A DNA stretch of 32,000 bases from Dickeya dadantii NCPPB 898. Its GTDB lineage: Bacteria > Pseudomonadota > Gammaproteobacteria > Enterobacterales > Enterobacteriaceae. Shown here in pieces: positions 1-9,831 of the stretch (position 1 is the stretch's first letter; every line of letters starts with the position of its first letter). A program made the translations under genes and the position numbers. The stretch spans positions 1,177,263-1,209,262 of the forward strand of contig NZ_CM001976.1 in assembly GCF_000406145.1 (NCBI RefSeq), written 5' to 3'. The notes beneath the pieces were generated by a model. The model was given only the letters and a program-made list of their open reading frames with translations, was not told the origin of the DNA and made no database searches.

Positions 1-671
1 GACAGCATCAGCGTCGCAATCATAAACGCCAGGATATACAGCGTAATATGATGCTTCGCCACTGAGATGCCTTTGACGACCGGCAGTACCGGAATATTGG
101 CGGCCTGATAATCCTTAAAGCGGAAAATGGCGATGGCATAGGAGTGCGGCATTTGCCACAGGCTGAAAATCAGCAGCAGAATCAGCGCACCGGCGTCAAA
201 CTGGTTGCTGACGGCGCAATAGCCGATTACCGGCGGCGCGGCGCCTGACAGACTGCCAATCAACGTGCCGTAGACCGAATGGCGTTTCATGTACAGGCTG
301 TAAACGCCGACATAGACCACAAACCCCATCACCGCCAGCCACATGGCCAGCGGATTTGCCGCGAGGTACAGTAACGTAAAGCCGGCAATACCCAACAGCG
401 AAGCGTAAATCAGCGTGTTTTTCAGCGGAATCAGCCCCTTCACCAGAACCCGATTCTTGGTCCTCTCCATTTTTTTGTCGATATCGCGATCGATAACGTT
501 GTTAAAGACGCAACCCGATGCAACGACCAGCGACACCCCGATCAGGGTCGCGACAAATAGCGGATAGTTGATGGTGCCTTTGGCCGCCAGCAAGAATCCA
601 CCGATAACGGAAATCAGGTTGCCAAAAATAATGCCCGGTTTGGTGACCTGCAGGTATTGCTTAATCATCAT
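1..671 (-). CDS. cyoE: Heme O synthase (protoheme IX farnesyltransferase) CyoE, partial; the C-terminal part lies beyond the left window edge
   Basis: Absent from the ORF track because there is no stop codon in the window. Reverse translation from ATGATG at 671..666 gives [24 protein letters not shown]..., which I recognise as the CyoE N-terminus. It lies 13 nt downstream of cyoD, as in the cyoABCDE operon. Confidence 0.9.
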   Translation of the reverse strand, partial: MMIKQYLQVTKPGIIFGNLISVIGGFLLAAKGTINYPLFVATLIGVSLVVASGCVFNNVIDRDIDKKMERTKNRVLVKGLIPLKNTLIYASLLGIAGFTLLYLAANPLAMWLAVMGFVVYVGVYSLYMKRHSVYGTLIGSLSGAAPPVIGYCAVSNQFDAGALILLLIFSLWQMPHSYAIAIFRFKDYQAANIPVLPVVKGISVAKHHITLYILAFMIATLML

Positions 672-684
672 GTAAAAGGCTCGG

Positions 685-1017
685 TTACTGAATCATCATG
701 TTGTGGTGCGCATTCATCATGATCCACAGGGATCCCACCACCACGATTGCGATAATCAGGGCGGTAAACACAATGGCTACCACATTCCAACGCTCTTCTG
801 ATGAGGTATTGAGATGCAGGAAGTACACCAGATGAACCAGAATCTGGACAACGGCGCAGCCCAGCACGGTCAGCAGAATGACGCTGTGGGAAGCCGAACC
901 GTTCATCACCAGACCGAATGGAATAACGGTCAGGATGATGGACAGGACGAAACCAATCAGATAGGACTTCACGCTACCGTGGCTGGCGCCGGCATGATCG
1001 TGTGTGGAATGACTCAT
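685..1017 (-). CDS. cyoD: Cytochrome bo3 ubiquinol oxidase subunit IV
   Basis: In track ORF 685..1062 the conserved start is the internal [23 protein letters not shown]... (110 aa; E. coli CyoD is 109 aa). This start overlaps the cyoC stop as ATGA at 1017. Confidence 0.9.
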   Translation of the reverse strand: MSHSTHDHAGASHGSVKSYLIGFVLSIILTVIPFGLVMNGSASHSVILLTVLGCAVVQILVHLVYFLHLNTSSEERWNVVAIVFTALIIAIVVVGSLWIMMNAHHNMMIQ

Positions 1018-1631
1018 TACATCGCCCCCATCAGATAAACAACAGTGAAGACACAAATCCATACCACGTCAAGGAAGTGCCAGAACAGGCTCAGGCACAT
1101 CAGACGGGTCTTATTGCGACTGGTCAGGCCGTATTTCGTTACCTGGATCATCATGATGGCAATCCAGATCAGACCGGAGGTCACGTGGATACCGTGGGTG
1201 CCGACCAGCGCAAAGAACGCGGACAGGAACGCGCTGCGGTCAGGACCGGCGCCTTCGGCGATCAGGTGATGGAATTCGTAGATTTCCATCCCGATGAACA
1301 CCAGCCCGAACAGAAAGGTCAAACCCAGCCAGGCGTTAACCTGGCTCTTGTTGCCTTTGTTCATGGCAATCATCGCCATGCCGTAGGTGATACTACTGAA
1401 CAGCAGGGCAAAAGTTTCCACCAGCACGAACTTCAGATCGAACAGTTCTTTGCCGCTTGGGCCGCCAGCGGTGCCGTTCACCAGAACGGCGTAGGTCGCG
1501 AACAACATCCCGAACAGGATGCAGTCGCTCATCAGGTAGATCCAGAAACCGAAGACCTTATTGGCGCCGGTGTCGTGGTGCCCATGCTCGGCATGGGCTG
1601 CATTGTGATGAGTTAACGTATCAGTGGACAT
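1017..1631 (-). CDS. cyoC: Cytochrome bo3 ubiquinol oxidase subunit III
   Basis: 204-aa ORF ([40 protein letters not shown]...), the same length and sequence pattern as E. coli CyoC. Its start overlaps the end of cyoB by 11 nt. Confidence 0.95.
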   Translation of the reverse strand: MSTDTLTHHNAAHAEHGHHDTGANKVFGFWIYLMSDCILFGMLFATYAVLVNGTAGGPSGKELFDLKFVLVETFALLFSSITYGMAMIAMNKGNKSQVNAWLGLTFLFGLVFIGMEIYEFHHLIAEGAGPDRSAFLSAFFALVGTHGIHVTSGLIWIAIMMIQVTKYGLTSRNKTRLMCLSLFWHFLDVVWICVFTVVYLMGAM

Positions 1632-3612
1632 TTTTCACGCCTGCTTTGCTGAGTTTATCGAAGTTTTGATTTTCGATTTGTTCGACCTCTTTAACCGGCA
1701 CGTAGTAATCCACGTCCTGATTAAAGCTGTGCACGATCCAGGTCGCAACCATGCCCACAAAGCCGATAATCGCCAGCCACCAGATGTACCAGATCATCGC
1801 GAAACCAAATACCAGGCTGAATGCGGAGATGATCACGCCTGCGCCGGTATTCTTCGGCATATGAATTTCTTCATACTGGGCCGGTTTGCGATAAGCATCG
1901 CCTTTTTCTTTGATTTCCCAGAATGCATCGCGTTCCTGAATATGCGGCACAATGGCAAAGTTGTAGAACGGAGGCGGAGAAGATGTTGCCCATTCCAGCG
2001 TACGGCCATCCCACGGGTCGCCGGTCAGATCGCGGTTCTGGTCACGGTCGCGGATACTGACGGCAAACTGGATGATCTGGCACAGCACGCCCAGTGCAAT
2101 CAGGCCGGCGCCGATAGAGGCCACCACCAGCAGCGGGTGGAATTCCGGATTGATCTGCTGGCTCAGGCGACGGGTCATCCCCATGAAGCCCAGCACGTAC
2201 AGCGGCATAAAGGCGACGAAGAAGCCGATGATCCAGAACCAGAAGGCGCGTTTGCCCCAGGTTTCATTCAGCTTGAAGCCAAACGCTTTCGGGAACCAGT
2301 AAGTGATACCGGCAAAGCAGCCAAACACCACGCCGCCGATGATCACGTTATGGAAGTGAGCGATCAGGAACAGACTGTTGTGCAGTACAAAGTTGGCGCC
2401 CGGCACGGCCAGCAGTACCCCGGTCATACCACCGATGGAGAAGGTAATAATGAAGCCGGTGGTCCACAGCATGGCGGAATGCGGCTGAATGCGCCCCTGA
2501 TACATGGTGAACAGCCAGTTGAAGATTTTAACCCCGGTCGGGATTGAAATAATCATCGTCGCTATACCGAAGAAGGCGTTAACGTTGGCGCCCGACCCCA
2601 TGGTGAAGAAGTGGTGCAGCCAAACGATGAACGACAGGACGGTAATAGCGATGGTCGCCCATACCAGCGAGGTATAACCGAACAGACGCTTTTTACAGAA
2701 GGTTGCCACCACTTCGGAGTAAATACCGAAGACCGGCAGCACCAGAATGTACACTTCCGGATGGCCCCAGGCCCAAATCAGGTTGATGTACATCATCATG
2801 TTGCCGCCCATATCATTGGTGAAGAAATGGGTGCCGAGGTAACGGTCCAGCGTCAGCAGGGCGATGGTGACCGTCAGAATCGGGAAAGCGGCAATAATCA
2901 GTACGTTGGTGCACAACGCCGTCCAGGTGAACACCGGCATTTTCATCAGCGTCATGCCAGGCGCACGCATTTTCATGATGGTGGCGAAGAAGTTAACGCC
3001 AGTCAGCGTGGTACCTACACCGGAAATCTGGAGACTCCAGATCCAGTAGTCTACACCGACGCCGGGACTGTACTCCTTGCCTGACAGAGGCGGATAGGCT
3101 ACCCAACCGGTCTGGGCGAACTCGCCGATTCCCAGAGACAGGTTGATAAGAATCACGCCGGCTACAAACAGCCAGAAGCTGAGTGAGTTCAGGAAGGGGA
3201 AGGCAACATCGCGTGCGCCGATCTGCAGCGGAACCGCCAGGTTCATCAGACCGACCACGAACGGCGTCGCCACGAAGAAGATCATGATCACGCCATGCGC
3301 GGTGAAGATCTGGTCATAGTGGTGAGGGTTGAGGAAACCCGCTTCACCGGCGGAGGCCAGCACCTGCTGACCACGCATCATGATGGCATCGGCGAAACCA
3401 CGCAGCATCATCACCAGGCCGACGATGATGTACATGATACCGATTTTCTTGTGGTCCACGGAGGTGAACCACTCGGACCACAGCCATTTCCATTTACCAA
3501 AATAGGTAACGGCAGCCAGCAGCGCCAATCCGCCTACAATGATTGCCGCCACCGTGACCATGATAATCGGCTCATGGTAGGGGATCGCATCAAGAGTTAA
3601 TTTTCCGAACAT
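1621..3612 (-). CDS. cyoB: Cytochrome bo3 ubiquinol oxidase subunit I (heme-copper oxidase)
   Basis: 663-aa ORF, the same length as E. coli CyoB. It carries heme-copper oxidase motifs ([30 protein letters not shown]). Confidence 0.97.
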   Translation of the reverse strand: MFGKLTLDAIPYHEPIIMVTVAAIIVGGLALLAAVTYFGKWKWLWSEWFTSVDHKKIGIMYIIVGLVMMLRGFADAIMMRGQQVLASAGEAGFLNPHHYDQIFTAHGVIMIFFVATPFVVGLMNLAVPLQIGARDVAFPFLNSLSFWLFVAGVILINLSLGIGEFAQTGWVAYPPLSGKEYSPGVGVDYWIWSLQISGVGTTLTGVNFFATIMKMRAPGMTLMKMPVFTWTALCTNVLIIAAFPILTVTIALLTLDRYLGTHFFTNDMGGNMMMYINLIWAWGHPEVYILVLPVFGIYSEVVATFCKKRLFGYTSLVWATIAITVLSFIVWLHHFFTMGSGANVNAFFGIATMIISIPTGVKIFNWLFTMYQGRIQPHSAMLWTTGFIITFSIGGMTGVLLAVPGANFVLHNSLFLIAHFHNVIIGGVVFGCFAGITYWFPKAFGFKLNETWGKRAFWFWIIGFFVAFMPLYVLGFMGMTRRLSQQINPEFHPLLVVASIGAGLIALGVLCQIIQFAVSIRDRDQNRDLTGDPWDGRTLEWATSSPPPFYNFAIVPHIQERDAFWEIKEKGDAYRKPAQYEEIHMPKNTGAGVIISAFSLVFGFAMIWYIWWLAIIGFVGMVATWIVHSFNQDVDYYVPVKEVEQIENQNFDKLSKAGVKNVH

Positions 3613-3632
3613 CGTTTATCCCTCGACTCCTT

Positions 3633-4583
3633 TTAATGAGAGGAGTGCTCGCTCATGTTCATGCCCTGGTGGTTCTGCATGCCTTCTTCTTTCTTAGGCT
3701 CGCCTTCGGCACCGTGCTGCATGTTCATGTTGTTGCCAATGAATTTGGTAATGATCTGGCTGAACAGCTCAGGTTGAACCTGAGAGTAGTACTCCACCGG
3801 ATGGTACTCGGTCGGTTGCGCCAGTTTGTTAAAGTCATTCATCGTACTCAGCGTCTTGGATGACTTGCGTACATTCTCAACCCATTGGTCAAACGCTTGC
3901 TGATCCGGGGTCGCGATGGCGGTGAATTTCATGCCGGAGAACCCTTTGCCGCTATAACCGCCGGAAATGCCGTCGTACTTGCCCGGCTCGTTGGCGATCA
4001 GATGCAACTTGGTCTGCATACCTGCCATGGCGTAGATCTGACCACCAAGACGCGGAATAAAGAAGGAGTTCATCACCGTATCGGACGTAATCTTGAAATT
4101 GACCGGAACATTGGTCGGGAACGCCAGTTCATTGACCGTGGCGATGCCAAGGTCCGGGTAGATGAACAGCCATTTCCAGTCCAGCGACACCACTTCAACA
4201 TTGATGGGTTTGACATTGGAATCCAGAGGCTTGTAGGGATCAAGCGAATGGGTGGTTTTCCAGGTGATCGTCCCAAGGATGATGATAATGATGATGGGAA
4301 CCGTCCAGACAACGGCTTCGATTTTGTTGGAGTGCGACCAGTTTGGCGTGTACTTCGCTTTTTCGTTGGAAGCTCTGAACTTCCAGGCGAAGGCAATCGT
4401 CATAATGATCACCGGGATAACAACGATCAGCATCAAACCGAGTGCTGTCAGTATCAACGAACGTTGCTCTAACCCGACTTGTCCTTTGGGGTTCATCAAT
4501 GCCATATCACAACCACTGAGGAGCAGTGCGGTTGCGATTAAAGACAACATCCCAAAAATTTTATTGTATTTCCTGAGTCTCAT
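3633..4583 (-). CDS. cyoA: Cytochrome bo3 ubiquinol oxidase subunit II (lipoprotein)
   Basis: 316-aa ORF with a lipobox (LLLSGC) and close resemblance to CyoA. It is the first gene of the cyo operon. Confidence 0.95.
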   Translation of the reverse strand: MRLRKYNKIFGMLSLIATALLLSGCDMALMNPKGQVGLEQRSLILTALGLMLIVVIPVIIMTIAFAWKFRASNEKAKYTPNWSHSNKIEAVVWTVPIIIIIILGTITWKTTHSLDPYKPLDSNVKPINVEVVSLDWKWLFIYPDLGIATVNELAFPTNVPVNFKITSDTVMNSFFIPRLGGQIYAMAGMQTKLHLIANEPGKYDGISGGYSGKGFSGMKFTAIATPDQQAFDQWVENVRKSSKTLSTMNDFNKLAQPTEYHPVEYYSQVQPELFSQIITKFIGNNMNMQHGAEGEPKKEEGMQNHQGMNMSEHSSH

Positions 4584-4996
4584 CTAGCGACCTCAATTAC
4601 AAGGGCTCTATTGTCATTTCACGCGAGCGGGCATTTTACGGGAAGGTTACCGTACTGTAAACATGATTAAAGAGATGTCAGCCTGCTGTTTACAGTTTTT
4701 GCCTGACCTGTCACATCTGAGATACATTTCTCAAAATTACTTTTAAAAACAGTGGGTAAACCGACTACAGAAAAAGTATGTATCGCTTTTCAGGAATTAC
4801 AACTATTTCTGAATACTATTTCGCTCTGGTGTTAATATTTCGTTTCTATAACGTTGCATTAAATAACATGGCCAGGCGAAATTATTAAGAATAATGAAAT
4901 AAATGTTTCTACTCGCTGATGCCTGAGAAGAAAAATAATTTAATAAAGTGATAATAGATAATGGAGGTCCGTTTTTTAGCGATAGCCCCCATTTAT
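4584..4996 (-). promoter_or_regulatory. AT-rich cyoA upstream or promoter region; exact promoter not resolved
   Basis: 413 bp of AT-rich non-coding DNA upstream of cyoA. It contains a 9-bp inverted repeat (CTGTAAACA 4655..4663 / TGTTTACAG 4687..4695) and ArcA-like TGTTAATATT near 4826..4835. In E. coli this region integrates ArcA, Fnr and other inputs. No site-level call is made here. Confidence 0.4.
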
Positions 4997-5033
4997 TGAT
5001 TTACAACCGGCTGATTTACAACCGGCTGATTTA
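4997..5033 (-). repeat. Direct tandem repeat, 15-bp unit x ~2.5 (minus strand TAAATCAGCCGGTTG)
   Basis: Read directly. Two perfect 15-bp units (5033..5019 and 5018..5004) are followed by a 7-nt partial unit. The first TAA is the ampG stop codon. Confidence 0.95.
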
Positions 5034-6500
5034 CCGACGGCGTGAAGATAGATAATCCAGCATGCCACCAAGCAGCATCGCCAGTACCGCCAGTATAGCG
5101 CCGGCGGCCATCAGTATCTTTTCCACGCCGGCCTTTCCCAACCAGCCCAGGCCCATCATTCCCCAGGCAATCAGCCCGCCGGCAAACAGCGCGCAGCCGA
5201 TAAAAAACAGGCGGGAAGCCAGCGCATAAAAATGTGGATAGGCGTTGCGACGGGTGAAATCGCCTCCTGATTGCGTCTGTTCCAGCGATGGACGGCAAAT
5301 TTTCAGCAAGAGCAGCCCTGGGACGGCGACGATGATCGAAAACAGGTAAAACCATGCCCAGCCATACAGTTCGACAAACCAGCCGGCAATCGGACCGACA
5401 TAAACCCGTCCGACTGCCGACAGGGCGGACAGCAGGGCGAACTGGGTGGCGGAAAACGATTTGTTACAAAGCATCATCAATAACGCCACAAAGGCCGCGG
5501 TTCCCATGCCGCCGCACAAGTTCTCCAGAAATACCGCCGATGCCATGGTCACTAACTGCTTGTCCGTGACGGCCAGTAGCCAGTAACCGGCATTCGACAC
5601 GGCTTGCAGCAGGCCGAACAGCATCAATGACCGGAACAGTGTCCAGCGTTGCATCAGCACTCCGCCGTATAGCGCGCCGATAATCGTGGCAAACAGACCC
5701 AGCGTTTTGTTGACCAATCCCACTTCGCCGGGATTAAAACCGACTCCTCGGATCAGAAAGGTGGTACTGAGGCTGACGGCAAACGCGTCCCCCAGTTTGT
5801 ACAGCACAATCAACATCAGAATCAGCCAGGCATTATTGCGGCTGAAAAAATCTTTCAGCGGTGCGAAGACCGCCTGTTCAAGAGATCGTGGCGCAGGTTC
5901 TCTGACGACGGGTTCCGGCGACAGCCAGGTCGCCAGCGTACACAGTAACAAAAGACCCGCCATCAGCCAGTAGGTGGCGTGCCAGCCGAGAAAACGGTCG
6001 GCAATCCACAACGCCAGACCGCCGGAAACCAGCATGGCCAACCGGTAGCCCAGAACCGAAATGGCCGCGCCGCTGCCGCGTTCCTCGGGCGGCAGCAAAT
6101 CGGTTTTGTATGCATCAAACACGATATCCTGCGATGCGGAACAGAACGCGATAATCACAGCCAGCATCGCCAGCCACCATAAATGATGCGAGGGGGTCAG
6201 CGTGCCGATAACGACAATCGCCGCGACCAGAGCCAGCTGCGTCACCAGCAGCCAGCCGCGGCGGCGCCCCATAAACGGCGGCGTGTAGCGGTCCATCAAC
6301 GGCGACCACAGAAATTTGAAGACGTAGGCTTGCCCCACCAGCGAAAAGAACCCGATGGTTTTCAGATCCACATTCTCCACCGTCATCCACGCCTGCAACG
6401 TGCCGGAGGTCAGCGCCAGCGGTAAACCCGAGGCAAAACCCAAAATCAGAAGAATGACACTGTTGGGTTCACGGAAAAGCGACAAAAGACGGCTGAGCAT
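5031..6500 (-). CDS. ampG: Muropeptide (anhydromuropeptide) permease AmpG, MFS family
   Basis: Track ORF 5031..6533. The conserved start is MLSRLLSLFREPNSVILLILGFASGLPLALTSGTLQAWMTVENVDLKTIGFF... (ATG at 6500), which matches the E. coli AmpG N-terminus. It lies downstream of yajG as in E. coli. Confidence 0.9.
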   Translation of the reverse strand: MLSRLLSLFREPNSVILLILGFASGLPLALTSGTLQAWMTVENVDLKTIGFFSLVGQAYVFKFLWSPLMDRYTPPFMGRRRGWLLVTQLALVAAIVVIGTLTPSHHLWWLAMLAVIIAFCSASQDIVFDAYKTDLLPPEERGSGAAISVLGYRLAMLVSGGLALWIADRFLGWHATYWLMAGLLLLCTLATWLSPEPVVREPAPRSLEQAVFAPLKDFFSRNNAWLILMLIVLYKLGDAFAVSLSTTFLIRGVGFNPGEVGLVNKTLGLFATIIGALYGGVLMQRWTLFRSLMLFGLLQAVSNAGYWLLAVTDKQLVTMASAVFLENLCGGMGTAAFVALLMMLCNKSFSATQFALLSALSAVGRVYVGPIAGWFVELYGWAWFYLFSIIVAVPGLLLLKICRPSLEQTQSGGDFTRRNAYPHFYALASRLFFIGCALFAGGLIAWGMMGLGWLGKAGVEKILMAAGAILAVLAMLLGGMLDYLSSRRR

Positions 6501-6513
6501 GCGAGGTCCTTTT

Positions 6514-6536
6514 CCCTTGCCCTGACAGGGCAAGGG
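6514..6536 (-). other. 23-bp perfect palindrome (11-bp arms) in the yajG-ampG intercistronic spacer
   Basis: CCCTTGCCCTG-A-CAGGGCAAGGG read directly. It lies between the yajG stop (6555) and the ampG start (6500), directly 5' of the AAGGA Shine-Dalgarno of ampG on the mRNA strand. Confidence 0.7.
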
Positions 6537-6554
6537 GATGAGACGAATAAACGA

Positions 6555-7133
6555 TTACCGGGAGTTGGTTTTGATGAACGTGCTGATGCTGGTGTCCTGC
6601 GCCATATCGTTAATGACATCGCTCAGCACCTGATTGACCGACTCGGTAATCTTGCTGTTGGTCGCGGTAAGCGCACCCTGTACATTATAGCTGGCGCGAT
6701 AGTTTTTGATCTGCTTATTGCCGTTGGCGGCTTGCGCGGTGATGGAGATATCCGCGCGGGTGGTGATGTTGTAGCGCAGGTTGCCTTCGGTGACATCCGC
6801 GTACAGGGTATTAACCACCACCTGCAGCGCCACCGGACCGCCGGTGCCGATCATGTAACCGCGGGCCGACATTTGTTTCTCCAGTACTTCCTGCAGCAGG
6901 AAACGCAGGTCGCGCGACGGCGTCAGCGTCACCAACTGGCCGTCACGATTGACCCGCGCCAGCGACTGGTCGGCACGCTGGTCGGCGCCGTTGATGCTGA
7001 TGGTCACGCCCATCAGTGTCGGATCCTGCGAGGGCAGGGTGATTTTCGGGGTGACATCCAGCGTGTTGCTCTTGCTGGCACAGCCAGCCAGCACAAGGGC
7101 GGCGAACAGCGGGAAAATGAATTTTTTTAACAT
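6555..7133 (-). CDS. yajG: Lipoprotein YajG
   Basis: In track ORF 6555..7175 the conserved start is MLKKFIFPLFAALVLAGC (lipobox), giving 192 aa as in E. coli YajG, with strong similarity (SRDLRFLLQEVLEKQM, NLRYNI). Confidence 0.85.
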   Translation of the reverse strand: MLKKFIFPLFAALVLAGCASKSNTLDVTPKITLPSQDPTLMGVTISINGADQRADQSLARVNRDGQLVTLTPSRDLRFLLQEVLEKQMSARGYMIGTGGPVALQVVVNTLYADVTEGNLRYNITTRADISITAQAANGNKQIKNYRASYNVQGALTATNSKITESVNQVLSDVINDMAQDTSISTFIKTNSR

Positions 7134-7459
7134 GCGTCTCTTCTCGTCATGAAACGGTGGTGGGCTAATAAACATAGTTCGGTATCATATCATCGTCTTG
7201 GACAAGGGAAAGAGCAGAAAGTGGCCAGTATCCTTATGAGCCGCATTCCTTTTTTCCATCGTACTTAGCGCGAATGAGGTTCGAAACCGGATGATGACAT
7301 GCCGGAATGACAAATCCGCTCGTCTGCGCGTATCCTGATAATCAATTGTTTCCATTAATAATCAAAAAATGACTAAAATTGAAGTGGATAAGCGTGCAGT
7401 CAGTGATAAAACCCGTTTTATCGACACAATTTTCACTGATGCCGGAAAAAGGTAACCCT

Positions 7460-7774
7460 ATGATTCGTGAAACGATAGAAGCCAAATTGCGTTCGGAGTT
7501 TGAGCCGCAACACCTTGAAGTCATTGATGAAAGTTACCGTCACAACGTACCTGCCGGTTCTGAAAGCCATTTCAAGGTGGTGCTGGTCAGTGAATGTTTT
7601 ACCGGCGAGCGGGTGATTGGCCGCCATCGCGCGATTTACCGCGTATTGGCTGATGAGCTGGCCGGGGCGGTGCATGCGCTGGCGCTGCATACCTACACGC
7701 CGAAAGAGTGGCTGGACCTGCAAATGGCTGTGCCTTCTTCTCCGGCCTGCGGCGGCGCGGGATTACAGCGCTGA
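7460..7774 (+). CDS. bolA: Stress and morphology regulator BolA
   Basis: In track ORF 7379..7774 the conserved start is [44 protein letters not shown]... (ATG at 7460, 104 aa), closely matching E. coli BolA. Confidence 0.9.
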   Translation: MIRETIEAKLRSEFEPQHLEVIDESYRHNVPAGSESHFKVVLVSECFTGERVIGRHRAIYRVLADELAGAVHALALHTYTPKEWLDLQMAVPSSPACGGAGLQR

Positions 7775-7824
7775 GCGATCTTAAACCGTCCGGCGACGAA
7801 CCGCCGGCAACGCCGGTCGACCCA

Positions 7825-7892
7825 TTTGCAGAGGGTTTGCAGACGAAAAATGTGTTTGCAGATAAAAAATGTGTTTGCAAATGAAAAGTGTG
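7825..7892 (+). repeat. Cluster of TTTGCA(G/A)A motifs, including two 19-bp direct repeats (AAAAATGTGTTTGCA core)
   Basis: TTTGCA occurs at 7825, 7836, 7855 and 7874. The 19-mers at 7845..7863 and 7864..7882 match at 17 of 19 positions. A degenerate third copy lies at 7883..7901. Confidence 0.8.
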
Positions 7893-7924
7893 AAAGCCCT
7901 CCGCCAATAGTCTGGTTACTCTCC

Positions 7925-7953
7925 TCGACTCGGTCTATCGATGCCGCTATAAT
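7925..7953 (+). promoter_or_regulatory. Candidate sigma70 promoter for tig (TCGACT-17 bp-TATAAT)
   Basis: A perfect -10 TATAAT at 7948..7953 lies 17 bp from TCGACT at 7925..7930, about 170 nt upstream of the tig start. Sequence match only. Confidence 0.35.
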
Positions 7954-8125
7954 GCCGCGTCTTATTTTCCGGAATGTATTCGGGACGCTTCTGACTATAG
8001 GGAACTGGTCCGGTAAAGTGGCCGTCCTGGTTCTGTGAGACTGTGATCAGCAAGGTCGCCCCAGGGCGCTTTATGAAAACGGCCTCTGAGGTTGACCGAG
8101 CACTGTGATTTTTTGAGGTAACAAG

Positions 8126-9430
8126 ATGCAAGTTTCAGTTGAAACCACTCAAGGCCTTGGGCGCCGCGTAACGATTACCGTTGCTGCTGACAGCATTGAG
8201 AATGCCGTTAAGAGCGAACTGGGCAATGTGGCTAAAAAAGTTCGTATCGATGGTTTCCGCAAAGGCAAAGTGCCGGCGAAAATTGTTGAGCAGCGCTACG
8301 GCGCATCCGTCCGTCAGGACGTGCTGGGCGATCTGATGCAGCGTCACTTCGTTGATGCCATCATCAAAGAAAAAATCAATCCGGCTGGCGCGCCGAACTA
8401 TGTTCCGGGCGAGTACCAGGTTGGTGGTGATTTTACCTACTCCGTAGAGTTCGAAGTTTATCCGGAAGTCGAGCTGAAAGGTCTGGACACTATCGAGGTT
8501 GAAAAACCGCTGGTGGACGTTTCTGAAACCGACGTCGACGGCATGCTGGATACCCTGCGCAAACAGCAGGCAACCTGGAAAGAAACCGATCGTGCCGCGA
8601 CGGCTGAAGACCGCGCAACCATCGATTTCACCGGTTCTGTCGGCGGTGAAGAATTCGAAGGCGGCAAAGCCTCCGATTTCGTTCTGGCTATGGGCCAGGG
8701 CCGTATGATCCCGGGCTTTGAAGACGGTATCGTTGGTCACAAGGCGGGCGATGAGTTCACCATTGAGGTGAAATTTCCGGAAGACTACCACGCTGAAAAC
8801 CTGAAAGGTCAGGACGCTAAATTCGCCATCGTGCTGAAGAAAGTGGAAGAGCGTGAACTGCCGGAACTGACTGCCGATTTCATCAAGCGTTTTGGCGTTG
8901 ACGACGGTTCTCTGGATGGCCTGCGCGCCGAAGTCCGTAAGAACATGGAGCGCGAACTGAAAGGCGCGATCCGCAATCGCGTGAAATCTCAGGTTATCGA
9001 CGGCCTGGTCAAGGCGAACGACATTGACGTGCCGGCCGCACTGATCGACAGCGAAGTCGACGTACTGCGTCGTCAGGCTGCTCAGCGTTTCGGCGGCAAT
9101 GAGAAACAGGCGCTGGAACTGCCGCGTGAACTGTTCGAAGAACAGGCTAAACGCCGCGTTGTTGTTGGCCTGCTGCTGGGCGAAGTGATCGCTTCCAACG
9201 AGCTGAAAGCCGATGAAGACCGCGTCAACGTGCTGATCGACGAAATCGCCTCCGCGTACGAAGATCCGCGTGAAGTGGTTGAGTACTACAAGAAAAACAA
9301 AGAAATGATGAACAACATGCGTAACGTTGCCCTGGAAGAACAGGCTATCGAAGCGCTGCTGTCCAAGGCGAAAGTAGTAGAAAAAGCGGTCAGCTTCAAC
9401 GAGCTGATGAATCAGACGACCGCTGCCTAA
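8126..9430 (+). CDS. tig: Trigger factor (ribosome-associated chaperone and PPIase)
   Basis: 434-aa ORF beginning [25 protein letters not shown]..., which I recognise as trigger factor. It lies upstream of clpPX-lon as in enterobacteria. Confidence 0.97.
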   Translation: MQVSVETTQGLGRRVTITVAADSIENAVKSELGNVAKKVRIDGFRKGKVPAKIVEQRYGASVRQDVLGDLMQRHFVDAIIKEKINPAGAPNYVPGEYQVGGDFTYSVEFEVYPEVELKGLDTIEVEKPLVDVSETDVDGMLDTLRKQQATWKETDRAATAEDRATIDFTGSVGGEEFEGGKASDFVLAMGQGRMIPGFEDGIVGHKAGDEFTIEVKFPEDYHAENLKGQDAKFAIVLKKVEERELPELTADFIKRFGVDDGSLDGLRAEVRKNMERELKGAIRNRVKSQVIDGLVKANDIDVPAALIDSEVDVLRRQAAQRFGGNEKQALELPRELFEEQAKRRVVVGLLLGEVIASNELKADEDRVNVLIDEIASAYEDPREVVEYYKKNKEMMNNMRNVALEEQAIEALLSKAKVVEKAVSFNELMNQTTAA

Positions 9431-9460
9431 CCACGATTTTTCACCTTAAATCGTTTCTTC

Positions 9461-9491
9461 AAAAGCCCGCGGCTTGCTGCGGGCTTTTTTC
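9461..9491 (+). terminator. Rho-independent terminator of tig
   Basis: GC-rich stem GCCCGC (9465..9470) / GCGGGC (9479..9484) followed by TTTTTT at 9485..9490. Confidence 0.8.
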
Positions 9492-9650
9492 TTCCCGGAT
9501 GCGACAAACTGAACGGCCTGCCGCCAGGTCCTGCCAAATCTGCACTATGATTAATAGCGATTAATCATCGATAGCTGATTATTCACGGCGCAATCAAACC
9601 CGCTTTCAGCGCAGGATATCGCTTTAACCAAAATGAATCGCTGGTGTAAG

Positions 9651-9679
9651 CTTGAAAAAGGATGCATCGGTCCCCAATT
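9651..9679 (+). promoter_or_regulatory. Sigma32 (heat-shock) promoter of clpP-clpX
   Basis: CTTGAAA at 9651..9657, a 14-nt spacer, then CCCCAATT at 9672..9679. This fits the sigma32 consensus CTTGAAA-N13-15-CCCCATNT. E. coli clpPX is known to have a sigma32 promoter. Confidence 0.65.
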
Positions 9680-9831
9680 GGTTAATACCGCGTAGATTGC
9701 ATCGTCAGGGAAATCCGCCCGATTCCGGCGACGGAGAGATGGCTAACTGCGTGTCTGAGCATGGTCATCACTTTCCATCTCAAGTAGAATCAGGCGGTAT
9801 GCGCCAAATGCATTTTATCTAGGAGACGTTA

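Noticed and set aside
4993-5355. 120-aa minus-strand ORF ending in VNQPVVNQPVVNQ, apparently a repeat-containing peptide
   Set aside because: It is out of frame within the 3' end of ampG. The repetitive tail is just the 15-bp tandem DNA repeat read in another frame.
6501-6533. N-terminal extensions in track ORFs: ampG from 6533, yajG from 7175, bolA from 7379, mdlB from 21789, glnK from 24012, cyoD from 1062
   Set aside because: In each case an internal Met aligns with the conserved N-terminus of the E. coli homolog (a lipobox for yajG; overlap-coupled starts for cyoD and mdlB). The upstream residues are not conserved-looking.
7278-7288. GGTTCGAAACC, resembling a tRNA T-loop, in the yajG-bolA spacer; possible tRNA fragment or integration scar
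   Set aside because: The flanks do not form a 5-bp T-stem, an acceptor stem or an anticodon arm, and no integrase or island is adjacent.
7826-8131. 70-aa (+) and 71-aa (-) ORFs in the bolA-tig spacer
   Set aside because: They overlap each other and the repeat and promoter region, have no ribosome-binding sites, and have non-protein-like composition. The comparable spacer in E. coli is non-coding.
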